Source of the DNA: an uncultured Halobacteriales archaeon | Lineage (GTDB): Archaea; Halobacteriota; Halobacteria; Halobacteriales; Hikarchaeaceae | Direction: 5' to 3' | Length of the DNA stretch: 64,000 nt | NCBI GenBank assembly: GCA_964542445.1 | Contig: CAZITY010000001.1 | Span: 42,485-106,484, forward strand | Shown here: in pieces, positions 8,819 to 17,837 of the stretch | Layout: the number at the start of each line of letters is the position of its first letter | How positions within the stretch are numbered: the stretch's first letter is position 1 | The notes under the pieces: generated by a model | What the model was told of the DNA's origin: nothing | What the model saw: the letters and a program-made list of their open reading frames with translations, nothing else | The model's database searches: none | Made by a program: the position numbers and the translations under genes

Positions 8819-10132
8819 CTAGAGTTCAAGCGGTGACACTTTCATGAATTCTCGTAATATCACTGTCGCGTACGCTCCTTTCGGTAACGCGAAAACGAAT
8901 CGTAACGGATCACATTCGATTGTGAGATCAGTGTGAACCAGTATCGCTCGACGGGTCCCTGATGATTCGAACGGATCAGGCAATTCGAAATCTGCTCGCT
9001 CGAGCTGAATGGACGATAACACTTGTTGTTCGATTTTACCGATTCTTCTATCGCCAAACGTTGTCTCAGTCCCAATCAAGGGCGCTGTGACATAGGCACG
9101 GCCTCGTGTGACGTGTCGATTAACGGTCGAAACATTCTCGCTCGTTACCCGTTGGGTTCGGTCTGGATCAGGTAACCGGATCCCCTGTTGCTCTTCAGCG
9201 AAACACACGACATCACCAACAACAGCTTCACCGAACGGGAGTTTTTCCGCTAACCGATGCGAGAGAATCTGATTGAATAAATAGGACTGGGCCGCGTGAA
9301 TGAATAATTGCTGAATGTTCCACGGAAGTTCCATCAATGCTAACCGAAAATCTTCTTCGTTTTCGTGATTAGATCCCGCGAGGTGGTGAAGCATTGATCG
9401 TTCGTACTGCAAATGTTTCGGGAAAAACCCGAGTGCCTCCGTCCAGTTTTCCGTCTCAGTAACGAACCGTCTTGCGTCTTGGGTCTGCTCAGATTCGTTT
9501 TCGTGTGGATTACCCACATACGCCATTACCGCACCTTTCCAATCACCATCGAGGATGCGAAACCCCACCTCATGCGTGACCGGTCGAATACTTCCAAATC
9601 GCTGGTGCCCGAAATAATTCGGTACCCCAACTATCCCGTTCCCAAACTCCCGTAGTGTTTCCGAAATAGCTGTGACACGATCTGGGCTGTCCGGCTCGCG
9701 CACCGTAATTCCGAATTTATTCCCCGCGAGATCACCCAGCACAATTTTCCGACCCATCCGACCGACCGCCGTAATCGTACTACCCGAAATTGAAGGGAGC
9801 GATTCTGGCTCGATGTTTTCAATCGACATCAACTGCGTTGTCACTGCTCGCTTGTCTTTCGTTCCTGCCCACGATACTCGCTCTCGACTAATACCGAGTT
9901 GGTTTGAAAGCGCCCGCGCAAATTGATTTGTATCCCAATCTTGTAGCGTTACTCGAACAACCAGAAACGGGTATTTTTCAGTAGACGCATTAATCGGTTG
10001 GAATTCAGCGCGCTCGATTTCCGTAACCTGGAACTCATCTGGTGTCGATCGGAGCTTCCCACCCACGCCTGGAGTTTCGCTAACGTAATACTCCATCCCA
10101 ATGGACTGCTCAATCGGTTGCGACGCAATCAT
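8819..10132 (-). CDS. truD: tRNA pseudouridine(13) synthase TruD
   Basis: ...[29 protein letters not shown]...[12 protein letters not shown]...NYFGHQRFG are TruD/Pus7 motifs. Its ATG overlaps the pth2 stop (ATGA). Confidence 0.85.
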   Translation of the reverse strand: MIASQPIEQSIGMEYYVSETPGVGGKLRSTPDEFQVTEIERAEFQPINASTEKYPFLVVRVTLQDWDTNQFARALSNQLGISRERVSWAGTKDKRAVTTQLMSIENIEPESLPSISGSTITAVGRMGRKIVLGDLAGNKFGITVREPDSPDRVTAISETLREFGNGIVGVPNYFGHQRFGSIRPVTHEVGFRILDGDWKGAVMAYVGNPHENESEQTQDARRFVTETENWTEALGFFPKHLQYERSMLHHLAGSNHENEEDFRLALMELPWNIQQLFIHAAQSYLFNQILSHRLAEKLPFGEAVVGDVVCFAEEQQGIRLPDPDRTQRVTSENVSTVNRHVTRGRAYVTAPLIGTETTFGDRRIGKIEQQVLSSIQLERADFELPDPFESSGTRRAILVHTDLTIECDPLRFVFALPKGAYATVILREFMKVSPLEL

Positions 10133-10470
10133 TGATACAATGATAGGTGTCCGGTAATCTCATCAATAACAGCATCTCCTGCCGGACCGATCCCTAGAGC
10201 CGTTACCGATCCCGCTTCTAGTTCCGTGTGACCGGCGTCTCGAATAACCGCATATGGGACGCCCTCTCGTTCTGCCACATCTGCAAGCTGAAATAATTCC
10301 GATTCAGAGTTGACTTGGAGTACAACTTTCTTTTGTCCCTCATCTTTCCAGGCCTGCTGGTCCGTATTCGAACTTGATTCATATGACCGCAACGACGCAT
10401 GAGCGACTTGTGCAGCTACTTTTCCCGGCGACATTCCAAGGTCCGACCGGGCGACAATTACCTGCTTCAT
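10129..10470 (-). CDS. pth2: peptidyl-tRNA hydrolase, archaeal Pth2 type
   Basis: [27 protein letters not shown]...[22 protein letters not shown] is the canonical Pth2 sequence. Confidence 0.9.
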   Translation of the reverse strand: MKQVIVARSDLGMSPGKVAAQVAHASLRSYESSSNTDQQAWKDEGQKKVVLQVNSESELFQLADVAEREGVPYAVIRDAGHTELEAGSVTALGIGPAGDAVIDEITGHLSLYQ

Positions 10471-10552
10471 GCTCCATGATTCCGATCAGATTAGCTAAAC
10501 ACTGGCGTTTTGAACGAGGATTTTTTAGTAACTGACCCGTCCAGTAGCGATA

Positions 10553-11200
10553 ATGATCTTGTCGGATCGGGATATCGAGAAGCGTTTGGAAAGCGGTGAT
10601 CTTATCATTGAACCGTTGGCTGACCGCGATCTTCAAATTCAACCCGCAAGCGTCGATTTGCGGCTCGGTAGAGAGTTCCTCGAATTTAATCGAACGAACA
10701 TCGCGTGTATCCACCCCGATCGGGAAGAAGAAGTCGACGAATACGTTATGAAAACAACGGTTCCTCCGGGGGCCGGGCAAGCTCAAACGACTCTCGGAGG
10801 CTATAATGCTGATGATCAACGCACACGGAATGAATTCATTTTACACCCGGGTGATTTCGTTCTTGGCACCACAATTGAACGGGTTGAAATCCCAGACGAT
10901 CTCATCGCGCACGTTGAAGGTCGCTCTTCGCTCGGTCGTTTAGCAATTGTCGTCCATGCTACTGCCGGCATTGTCGACCCGGGCTACCGCGGCCAAATCA
11001 CGCTGGAATTATCGAACCTTGGTTCAGCACCCGTGTCACTCACACCCGGGATGCGAATCTCCCAACTGACGTTTACTGAACTCAGTTCTCCCGCCCGTCG
11101 GCCGTACGGGAGCGGACGGGGATCAAAGTATCAAGACCAAAAAGGACCGCAGGCCTCCAGAGTGCAATATGATCACGAATTCAGTGGCGATCAAAAGTGA
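10553..11200 (+). CDS. dcd: dCTP deaminase
   Basis: [22 protein letters not shown]...[10 protein letters not shown]...[35 protein letters not shown] are Dcd motifs. Confidence 0.85.
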   Translation: MILSDRDIEKRLESGDLIIEPLADRDLQIQPASVDLRLGREFLEFNRTNIACIHPDREEEVDEYVMKTTVPPGAGQAQTTLGGYNADDQRTRNEFILHPGDFVLGTTIERVEIPDDLIAHVEGRSSLGRLAIVVHATAGIVDPGYRGQITLELSNLGSAPVSLTPGMRISQLTFTELSSPARRPYGSGRGSKYQDQKGPQASRVQYDHEFSGDQK

Positions 11201-12099
11201 AATTAATTGAAGAAATCGTAGTTGACGCGTTCTTACCGACGTTCCGATCGATGCTCGCTGAGTCGCTCCGTGACAAAGGCTTTACTCAACGGGAGGTGGC
11301 AACAGCGCTTGGTATTTCCCAAAGCGCGGTTTCGAAATACGCACATGGGACGGTTGATCGCCACCCGGTGATTCTTGAAGATCCCCGCGTCCAAGAATTA
11401 GTAGAAACGGTTGCTGACGGGTTGGCCTCTGGTGAGATGTCTCAGGTCCAAGCTGTCGTTGAAATAGAGGTCTTTATTCGACAATTAGAACGCGCCGATT
11501 TACTAGCCCGGTTACACGAAGAAGCAATGCCGGAATTGGAGTCGTATGATTTGTCGTTCTCGATTCATGATCCGGATAGTGAACTTCGGGCCTCCGAGCA
11601 AGTTCTCGCATCAGTTAAGCGGGGATTGCGTTTGCTTGAGCAATCAGGGGGTTTCGTTTCCCTCATTCCGAATGTCGGGTCAAATCTCGTCGAATGCTTA
11701 CCCGACGCTACATCGATTAGTGAAGTTGCTGGGATCCCCGGTCGATTATTCGATGTCACTGGACAGTTGTCGGTTCCAGCAGATCCAGAATTCGGTGCTA
11801 GTGAGCATGTCGCATTGGTTTTATTAGCGGCTAGAGCGGCTGGTGGTGACCAGCGGGCAGCGATTAATATGCGGTATTCCCGGGAGTTTATTCAGCGGTT
11901 CGAAGATGCGGGCTATCGAAGCGCGGAATTTACGGCTGATTATTCGGATGTATCACAGGCTATCGGTGAAATATTCGAACCCGAGATTAGTATTTTGTAT
12001 CAAACTGGAGGGTTCGGGATTGAACCGATTATTTATGTGCTTGGCGCATCGGCTGAAGAATCCGTCAACCGTGTGCTGACCTTAACTGACAATGGATGA
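11197..12099 (+). CDS. thiR: HTH plus ThiN-domain protein (ThiR-type thiamine regulator architecture)
   Basis: N-terminal XRE-like HTH ([23 protein letters not shown]) fused to a ThiN-like C-terminal domain ([11 protein letters not shown]...GIPGRLF...). It overlaps the dcd stop by 4 nt. I could not judge from sequence alone whether it is catalytic ThiN or regulatory ThiR. Confidence 0.55.
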   Translation: MKLIEEIVVDAFLPTFRSMLAESLRDKGFTQREVATALGISQSAVSKYAHGTVDRHPVILEDPRVQELVETVADGLASGEMSQVQAVVEIEVFIRQLERADLLARLHEEAMPELESYDLSFSIHDPDSELRASEQVLASVKRGLRLLEQSGGFVSLIPNVGSNLVECLPDATSISEVAGIPGRLFDVTGQLSVPADPEFGASEHVALVLLAARAAGGDQRAAINMRYSREFIQRFEDAGYRSAEFTADYSDVSQAIGEIFEPEISILYQTGGFGIEPIIYVLGASAEESVNRVLTLTDNG

Positions 12100-12766
12100 T
12101 ATTCACCGAATCGCAGATTTTTATGGGAAGTGGGCGCGGGTGTATTCGGTGCTCGCCCGGTGGACGCCCGGCATACAGCGGGTCCGTACTCGAGTGATTG
12201 ATTCGCTTGATCTATCGAAGGGAGATGTCGTTGTTGAATTGGGATGTGGAACCGGGGCGAACTTTGGGTATCTCTATGAGCAAGTCGGATCGGCTGGGCA
12301 GATCATTGGTATTGATGTTACACCCGGTATGTTAGTGTTTGCCGATCGTCGGATTGCGCGAGAAGACTGGGAGAATGTTTCTGTGCTTTATGGGGATGCG
12401 CGCTATCCTCAGCTGTCAAGGGCGGATGCGGTACTCGGGACTTTTGTTACTGGCATGTTCGCAGAGCCAGCGGCAGTAGTGTCAAAGTGGTGTGAGGTAT
12501 TACGTCCCGGCGGGCGATTCTCACTCCTAGATGCTGCGATTTTCTCGGGGAATACAAATGCATTCCTTCGATGGTTATTTGGGGGGTTCGTGTACCTGTC
12601 AGCCCCAAAGCAATCACGCCGAAACAAAGACAATTTAGTAACGGAATTAGAGTCGCGAGTTAAAGAAGCGCATACTGCGATTGATCAATCGTTGACCGCT
12701 GTGTCTCATGATTCGCTCTTCTTTGGGACGCTCCACCTCTGGAGTGGGCAAAAACCACCTGCCTGA
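12092..12766 (+). CDS. class I SAM-dependent methyltransferase
   Basis: VVELGCGTGANFGYL motif I, with RPGGRFSLLD downstream. It overlaps the previous gene by 8 nt. Confidence 0.7.
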   Translation: MDDIHRIADFYGKWARVYSVLARWTPGIQRVRTRVIDSLDLSKGDVVVELGCGTGANFGYLYEQVGSAGQIIGIDVTPGMLVFADRRIAREDWENVSVLYGDARYPQLSRADAVLGTFVTGMFAEPAAVVSKWCEVLRPGGRFSLLDAAIFSGNTNAFLRWLFGGFVYLSAPKQSRRNKDNLVTELESRVKEAHTAIDQSLTAVSHDSLFFGTLHLWSGQKPPA

Positions 12767-12836
12767 GCGAGCGTTTTAGTGGTAATATCCCAGAAGATAC
12801 ATATTGGTTGCTTCGGTCATTTCGGTCTCGTCATCG

Positions 12837-13616
12837 TTAAGCAGTTTGATTAATTCCGTCCGCGTATTTCTCCGCGTGGGTTTCGCAAAACCGTGGTTCC
12901 TCCAGTTGGGCAGTAATCAACTCTTCTTGATGGTGGGCGTTATATAGGCAACAGGCTGGGTCGTCACAAAATGCTTCACCGGTGTTTAGGTAGTGAAACG
13001 CTTGTAGTAGATAGCCTTTCAGTGTATCTGTGGTTCGGGGGTCATTTTGGATGAGGAACTCGCCATTTATCTGATTCTCAAGGATCTCTCTTGGTGGAGC
13101 ATCGCCCGAAATGAGTGCGTGTCGTTGCTTTTCTTTATAGTATTCTTCCGGCTTTGCTGGGGCTTCATACAGGCCAGGAACTGAAACAATGGCTGGTTGC
13201 CCGAGAATATTTATTCGTTTATGCCACCGACCATCAGATCCCCACGTACCGATTACGCGGTCAAGAAGCACTATGTGAAGTGTCTCAAATGCTGTTCGTC
13301 TCGTTGTGAGTCGTGCATTCAACGCTTGTTGGATCGCTCGACCATCGTATAACACACCCCCGGCTTTTTCGGGGTTTTTGAGGGCTCGTTCTTCATATCG
13401 TACGACTCCCAACATAGTGTTCCCAGTGTCTCGTTGATATGGGGAGACGACACGCGCTTCAGCAAATTCTTGGGCTATTCCTTCGGTGTCGATGAGCTCA
13501 AACACCCGGTCTCGGGTTTCCACTTCAACGCCTGTTGCTCTCGGTAACCACGCGCCAAGTACCTCCATATCCACTGGGGATGTTGGGGCTTCGTACAATA
13601 CGACAGTCTCAACCAT
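12837..13616 (-). CDS. conserved hypothetical protein with C-terminal Cys/His cluster, 10 nt downstream of thi4
   Basis: 259 aa, ending ...FCDDPACCLYNAHHQEEL...FCETHAEKY. It starts 10 nt after the thi4 stop on the same strand. It may belong to a putative-metallopeptidase DUF family, but I cannot confirm that. Confidence 0.55.
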   Translation of the reverse strand: MVETVVLYEAPTSPVDMEVLGAWLPRATGVEVETRDRVFELIDTEGIAQEFAEARVVSPYQRDTGNTMLGVVRYEERALKNPEKAGGVLYDGRAIQQALNARLTTRRTAFETLHIVLLDRVIGTWGSDGRWHKRINILGQPAIVSVPGLYEAPAKPEEYYKEKQRHALISGDAPPREILENQINGEFLIQNDPRTTDTLKGYLLQAFHYLNTGEAFCDDPACCLYNAHHQEELITAQLEEPRFCETHAEKYADGINQTA

Positions 13617-13626
13617 CGCTCAGTGT

Positions 13627-14556
13627 TCAGTCGTCGGCTGGCGCGGTTGGAGAACTCAATTCCACTGGATCTGCGTCTACACCAAGTTCGTCCAAGGCGG
13701 TTTGCGCTGCGCGTTTCCCGGATACCAGCATCGCTCCGAACGTCGGTCCCATTCGGGGTAGTCCGTATGTCGTTGCGACCGCCATCCCAGTGACGATCAC
13801 TCCGTCATGGGCTAGGCCAGTGTGTTCGACGACAGCGTCTTCAGACTCACCAACCCACATCGAGTCATGTCCTGGTGAGTCATGTCCTGGTGCTCCGTAT
13901 TGTCCGTCTTCAGTTTGGTCCATTCCAGTGTTGTTTTCGGATGACGAAGAGATTCCAGGTGCATTGAGGACTCCTCGTTCTTGGAGTTTTGAGATGACCA
14001 TGGCGTCATGACCGGTTGCATCAATCACGATATTTCCTTCAACGGCAATTGGATCGACACATGTGAGTTCTCGTGGCAGGGAGTGGACGGGTGTCCAGTT
14101 CATGACAATCCCTGAAACTCGGTGGTCTTCGCGAATGACGATGTCTGTGAATTCTGTCATGTTCTGGATTTTTGCACCAGCGTCACAGGCGGCTTTTATC
14201 AGCGCAGAGCAGGCGTGGGGTCCGTTCGCGACATACAATCCTTCGCTGTCTTGGGCAGGTTTATAATCGACGTCGAGATCGTCGAGGATTTCTTGGGCAG
14301 GGCTTCGGACGGTTACTTTATTCATCAGGAATCCGCCGAGCCAGAAGCCGCCGCCGAGGTAGTTGTTTTTCTCGACGACCATTGTTTTCACACCTCTATT
14401 TGAGAGTTCTGTGGCCGCAGCTAGCCCGGATGGGCCACCTCCTACAACGATGACGTCGCTGTCTGAGAAATCCATGAATTCCTCGGTCCATTCTTGACCG
14501 ATTGCGCGTGTTACGTCTGCTTCGCCAACTTCACTAAATTGCTCGTACTGGCTCAT
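13627..14556 (-). CDS. thi4: thiazole synthase Thi4 (sulfide-dependent ADP-thiazole synthase)
   Basis: [50 protein letters not shown] is the Thi4 FAD/NAD-binding signature. Confidence 0.9.
   Translation of the reverse strand: MSQYEQFSEVGEADVTRAIGQEWTEEFMDFSDSDVIVVGGGPSGLAAATELSNRGVKTMVVEKNNYLGGGFWLGGFLMNKVTVRSPAQEILDDLDVDYKPAQDSEGLYVANGPHACSALIKAACDAGAKIQNMTEFTDIVIREDHRVSGIVMNWTPVHSLPRELTCVDPIAVEGNIVIDATGHDAMVISKLQERGVLNAPGISSSSENNTGMDQTEDGQYGAPGHDSPGHDSMWVGESEDAVVEHTGLAHDGVIVTGMAVATTYGLPRMGPTFGAMLVSGKRAAQTALDELGVDADPVELSSPTAPADD
13862..13891. repeat. perfect 15-bp tandem duplication inside thi4
   Basis: GAGTCATGTCCTGGT occurs twice back to back (13862-13876 and 13877-13891), encoding [10 protein letters not shown] in Thi4. 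Confidence 0.9.
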
Positions 14557-14577
14557 ACCACCAAGTTGTATTACTCG

Positions 14578-14593
14578 GTAGTCTAAAGTAGTT
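14578..14593 (-). promoter_or_regulatory. thi4 core promoter: TATA-like TTTAG flanked by ACTAC boxes
   Basis: The coding-strand reading is AACTAC-TTTAG-ACTAC. The A/T element ends 26 nt upstream of the thi4 ATG at 14556. Confidence 0.4.
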
Positions 14594-14669
14594 GCGGTCC
14601 ACCTACCCAGACAACAAACTCTGCATCCAACGAACTACCCACTAAATAACTACGAGAACGCTAAGCTTC

Positions 14670-15434
14670 CTAATCCTTCTCACCACACCGGATCTGCCGC
14701 TCGCCATCCTCCAGTGCTGCACAACCATCAAACGATTGTACAACGGACTCCAATTTGGCCATCGAGCTGCCAGCGAGATTTTCCGCCTCAGCAATCATAT
14801 TCGGAATCGCCCGGACAATGTTATCCACTATCGGAATATCAGCAACCACCGCCGACCGTGACATCGGATTCAAATCGATCACAATTTCAACCTTCCCCAT
14901 ATCCCGCAACGCCTCCGCCCGATCGCCATCTTCGAGCGGAACCAACACCACATCCGCTTCATAAATCCCATCCCGGTCAACTAATCCCCGACCATGATCC
15001 AATCCAGGAATAGTCGCATCCCCCTCTAAGCCCTTAACACCCACTGCGCCGAACTCCTCTAGGTGCTGACGGATCTTACGGAGTCGCTCATCTGTCCGGT
15101 GGAACAAGTTCACTTCAATATCTGCCCCAACCACCTCGGCAAGCTCTACTATCTCACCTGGAACGAGCGCGGCTGCATTTCCATTTACTGAAATCACTGC
15201 GTGTTCCGCAACGAGCAACTGTGCGGCCGCCGCCCGAGCCGCCGCTTGTGCACTTGGAATCGTTTCTTCCCCCAATAAATAATCAAACGCCTCCCCACGC
15301 CCTTGCGCAATCAACCCTTGTTTACTCGTGATTCCCTTCTCTACACCGTCCTCTATCCGATGCCGCGTGGTGAGTGACTCATACCGAGGGTGGCTTTTTG
15401 GAACATCTCCCCCCTCCTCCGAACCCATACCCAC
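14670..15434 (-). CDS. 4-phosphopantoate--beta-alanine ligase (archaeal phosphopantothenate synthetase)
   Basis: SHPRYESLTTRHRIEDGVEKGITSKQGLIAQGRGEAFDYLLGE is the characteristic N-terminus of the archaeal PPS (DUF137) family. It is adjacent to pantoate kinase. Confidence 0.8.
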   Translation of the reverse strand: MGMGSEEGGDVPKSHPRYESLTTRHRIEDGVEKGITSKQGLIAQGRGEAFDYLLGEETIPSAQAAARAAAAQLLVAEHAVISVNGNAAALVPGEIVELAEVVGADIEVNLFHRTDERLRKIRQHLEEFGAVGVKGLEGDATIPGLDHGRGLVDRDGIYEADVVLVPLEDGDRAEALRDMGKVEIVIDLNPMSRSAVVADIPIVDNIVRAIPNMIAEAENLAGSSMAKLESVVQSFDGCAALEDGERQIRCGEKD

Positions 15435-15519
15435 CGAAGGATATGCGTATTAAAAAACACCCCGATACCACAGACTACTGCCCAAGAGTTCTCCCACTTG
15501 AACGACGGTACCTACCCAG

Positions 15520-16359
15520 TTATGATATTTGGAGTGATGCCCCGGGCGCCCGTATAGAACATACACACGGATCGTAACCGACATCAGATAATCCAGTATC
15601 GAGTGAGATCACCGTTTCACCAAGCATCGCAATCGTTGCTTCACCACCAGCAGAAACGACATCATCCACAATCGGGGCAATAGACTCTGGCAATAACCCG
15701 GTCTCTTCAGCGAATGTCCGCCCGATCTCAAACAGGTTCTCCACTGTCGGCACCTTTGTCAATCTTGAAAGTGCCTCTATACCTGCTGAAGCAAATAGAT
15801 CGGAATCACGAATAACATCCGTTGTAGCAACTTCACCAAATGAGAGATACTCAATTCTCCGCATCCCAGGAATCCCATCGATATCACCGAATTCTGGTGC
15901 CCCAGCGGACAACCGAATTGGAATCCCCCCACGCGCTTGCGCAACAACATCCCCCAGACCAGTCTCTGCTTTTACTTCAGCACAATGCGCGATCGTAACT
16001 AATTCATTCTCCGTTTTTTCCTGTCTCGATAGCTCATTAACACCTAGCGCAGTCCCGAGAGCTGCACCCCCAGAAACACCAAATCCACACCCAATCGGAA
16101 GATCAGTCTCGATCTCAACCTGGGCCGATTTTGAAAACGATTCCAAAACGTACCGAATCGGGTCCATATCTATTTCTCGACCGTTTAATACAACCGTTGA
16201 TTCGCGTTCCTCTGAGACCGTAACCGTCACACCCTCAGACAAAGTGATTCCGCTCCCAATCGACCCTGTTTCCTCGGGTGTATCACCCCAACATGGTTGA
16301 AAAAACACAGTAACGTGCCCAGGGACGAATGCTTGCTGGACCACCCTGTCTGTCATCAC
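15520..16359 (-). CDS. pantoate kinase (GHMP kinase family)
   Basis: AFVPGHVTVFF...PIGCGFGVSGGAALGTAL is the GHMP motif, paired with PPS as in the archaeal CoA pathway. Confidence 0.75.
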   Translation of the reverse strand: MMTDRVVQQAFVPGHVTVFFQPCWGDTPEETGSIGSGITLSEGVTVTVSEERESTVVLNGREIDMDPIRYVLESFSKSAQVEIETDLPIGCGFGVSGGAALGTALGVNELSRQEKTENELVTIAHCAEVKAETGLGDVVAQARGGIPIRLSAGAPEFGDIDGIPGMRRIEYLSFGEVATTDVIRDSDLFASAGIEALSRLTKVPTVENLFEIGRTFAEETGLLPESIAPIVDDVVSAGGEATIAMLGETVISLDTGLSDVGYDPCVCSIRAPGASLQIS

Positions 16360-16462
16360 TACCCTATGCTCAACCCGGTTGTTTAACCCTTACAATTTCC
16401 ATATCAACATTCCACTCACCACACCACCACATCACACCATCATGTACCATCGACAAAATCCA

Positions 16463-17761
16463 CTAGGGTGACAATCGTTGACGGTCCCGTGGGAACAAAA
16501 CCGTCTCCCGAATATTATCCAAGTCAAGGATCGTCATCAGCAACCGTTCCGCTCCCATCCCCCATCCCGCATGCGGCGGCATCCCGAACCGGAACATCTC
16601 AGTATAATACGCGAATTCCTCGGGATCCAATCCCTGTTGCTCGAACCCCTCGACAAGCGCCTCGTATCGATGTTCGCGTTGTCCTCCGGAGACTAATTCG
16701 AGGTCCGGATGCATCAAGTCGAAGCCCTTCGAAACCGAAGGGTCGTCATCATAATCCTGAATATAGAAGGGTTTCACCTCCGACGGCCAATCAGTGATGA
16801 AATAATGCTGACCGATTTCTTTCCCGAGTACACGTTCAGCTTCGGTATGTAAATCGTCACCCCACACAAGTTCTTCGTCTAATTGTCCACTCGCATTTAA
16901 CCGAGCAATAGCTTCTTCATACGTAATGCGCGGAAATCGCTCGTTGGGTACCACTGGGGACAAGTCCAACGTATCGAGTTCGTCTACGCATGTGGAAGTC
17001 ACTCCCTTGTATGCTGCTCTCACGATCCGCTCGCAGGCATCCATCGCCTCTTCGTGAGAGAAGAAAGCCGCTTCAAAATCAATAGACGTCGCCTCATTCA
17101 AATGCCGGGGGGTGTTATGTTCTTCCGCGCGAAAAATTGGTCCGATCTCGAATACCCGCTCAAGACTACTCCCCGCAATTAACTGTTTGAATAACTGTGG
17201 TGATTGATTCATGAACGCTTCCCGACCGAAATACGTAATCGGGAACAGTTCCGTCCCTCCCTCCGTCCCCGTCGCCACTATTTTCGGAGTCGTAATCTCA
17301 GTACAATCGAGTGCCCGGAATTCATCCCGAATCGAGTTGAGAACTTCCCCCCGGATTTTGAAAATTGCGTTCACCGAGTCATTCCTTAAATCAAGTGTCC
17401 GATTGTTCAATCGAGTTGAAAGTTCTGAGTCAACTTTCCCTGTCGGATCGAGGGGTAGTTCCGGATCGGCATCTGCGATTACTTCAAAAACCTCAGGCGT
17501 GATTTCAACGCCCGTAGGGGCACGGGGTTCCTCAGCCACGGCACCCTGGATTTTCACCGCACTCTCTCGATGCACCGATAATCCCTGCTCAACGAGATCC
17601 TCCGCCAATGTGTCTTTCTCAAATTTTACTTGAATCCGACCCGACCGATCCCGAAGGATCAAGAACGCAATTCCACCGAGATCCCGGATCTCATGAACCC
17701 ACCCCGCAATTGTCACTTCATCTCCTGCTTCCGCCTCTGCAACGGGTGTGCGATTATTCAT
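16463..17761 (-). CDS. aspS: aspartate--tRNA ligase (archaeal type)
   Basis: [30 protein letters not shown] is the OB-fold. Class II motifs are ...[14 protein letters not shown]... and [15 protein letters not shown]. Confidence 0.9.
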   Translation of the reverse strand: MNNRTPVAEAEAGDEVTIAGWVHEIRDLGGIAFLILRDRSGRIQVKFEKDTLAEDLVEQGLSVHRESAVKIQGAVAEEPRAPTGVEITPEVFEVIADADPELPLDPTGKVDSELSTRLNNRTLDLRNDSVNAIFKIRGEVLNSIRDEFRALDCTEITTPKIVATGTEGGTELFPITYFGREAFMNQSPQLFKQLIAGSSLERVFEIGPIFRAEEHNTPRHLNEATSIDFEAAFFSHEEAMDACERIVRAAYKGVTSTCVDELDTLDLSPVVPNERFPRITYEEAIARLNASGQLDEELVWGDDLHTEAERVLGKEIGQHYFITDWPSEVKPFYIQDYDDDPSVSKGFDLMHPDLELVSGGQREHRYEALVEGFEQQGLDPEEFAYYTEMFRFGMPPHAGWGMGAERLLMTILDLDNIRETVLFPRDRQRLSP

Positions 17762-17837
17762 AAGTGCCGTTCGAAAGGATTCGCCTTAAACGACCGTATT
17801 CCAACTCACCAAGAATAACCCAGACGCAAACCGTTTT

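Noticed and set aside
10379-10819. 146-aa ORF spanning the pth2/dcd divergent promoter region
   Set aside because: It overlaps the 5' ends of two well-supported genes on either strand. Its sequence is basic and low-complexity, with no motif.
10730-10830. Possible ~15-20 aa insertion in dCTP deaminase (…[27 protein letters not shown]…)
   Set aside because: The segment lies in a loop whose length already varies between Dcd homologues I can recall. Without an alignment I cannot show that it is unusual.
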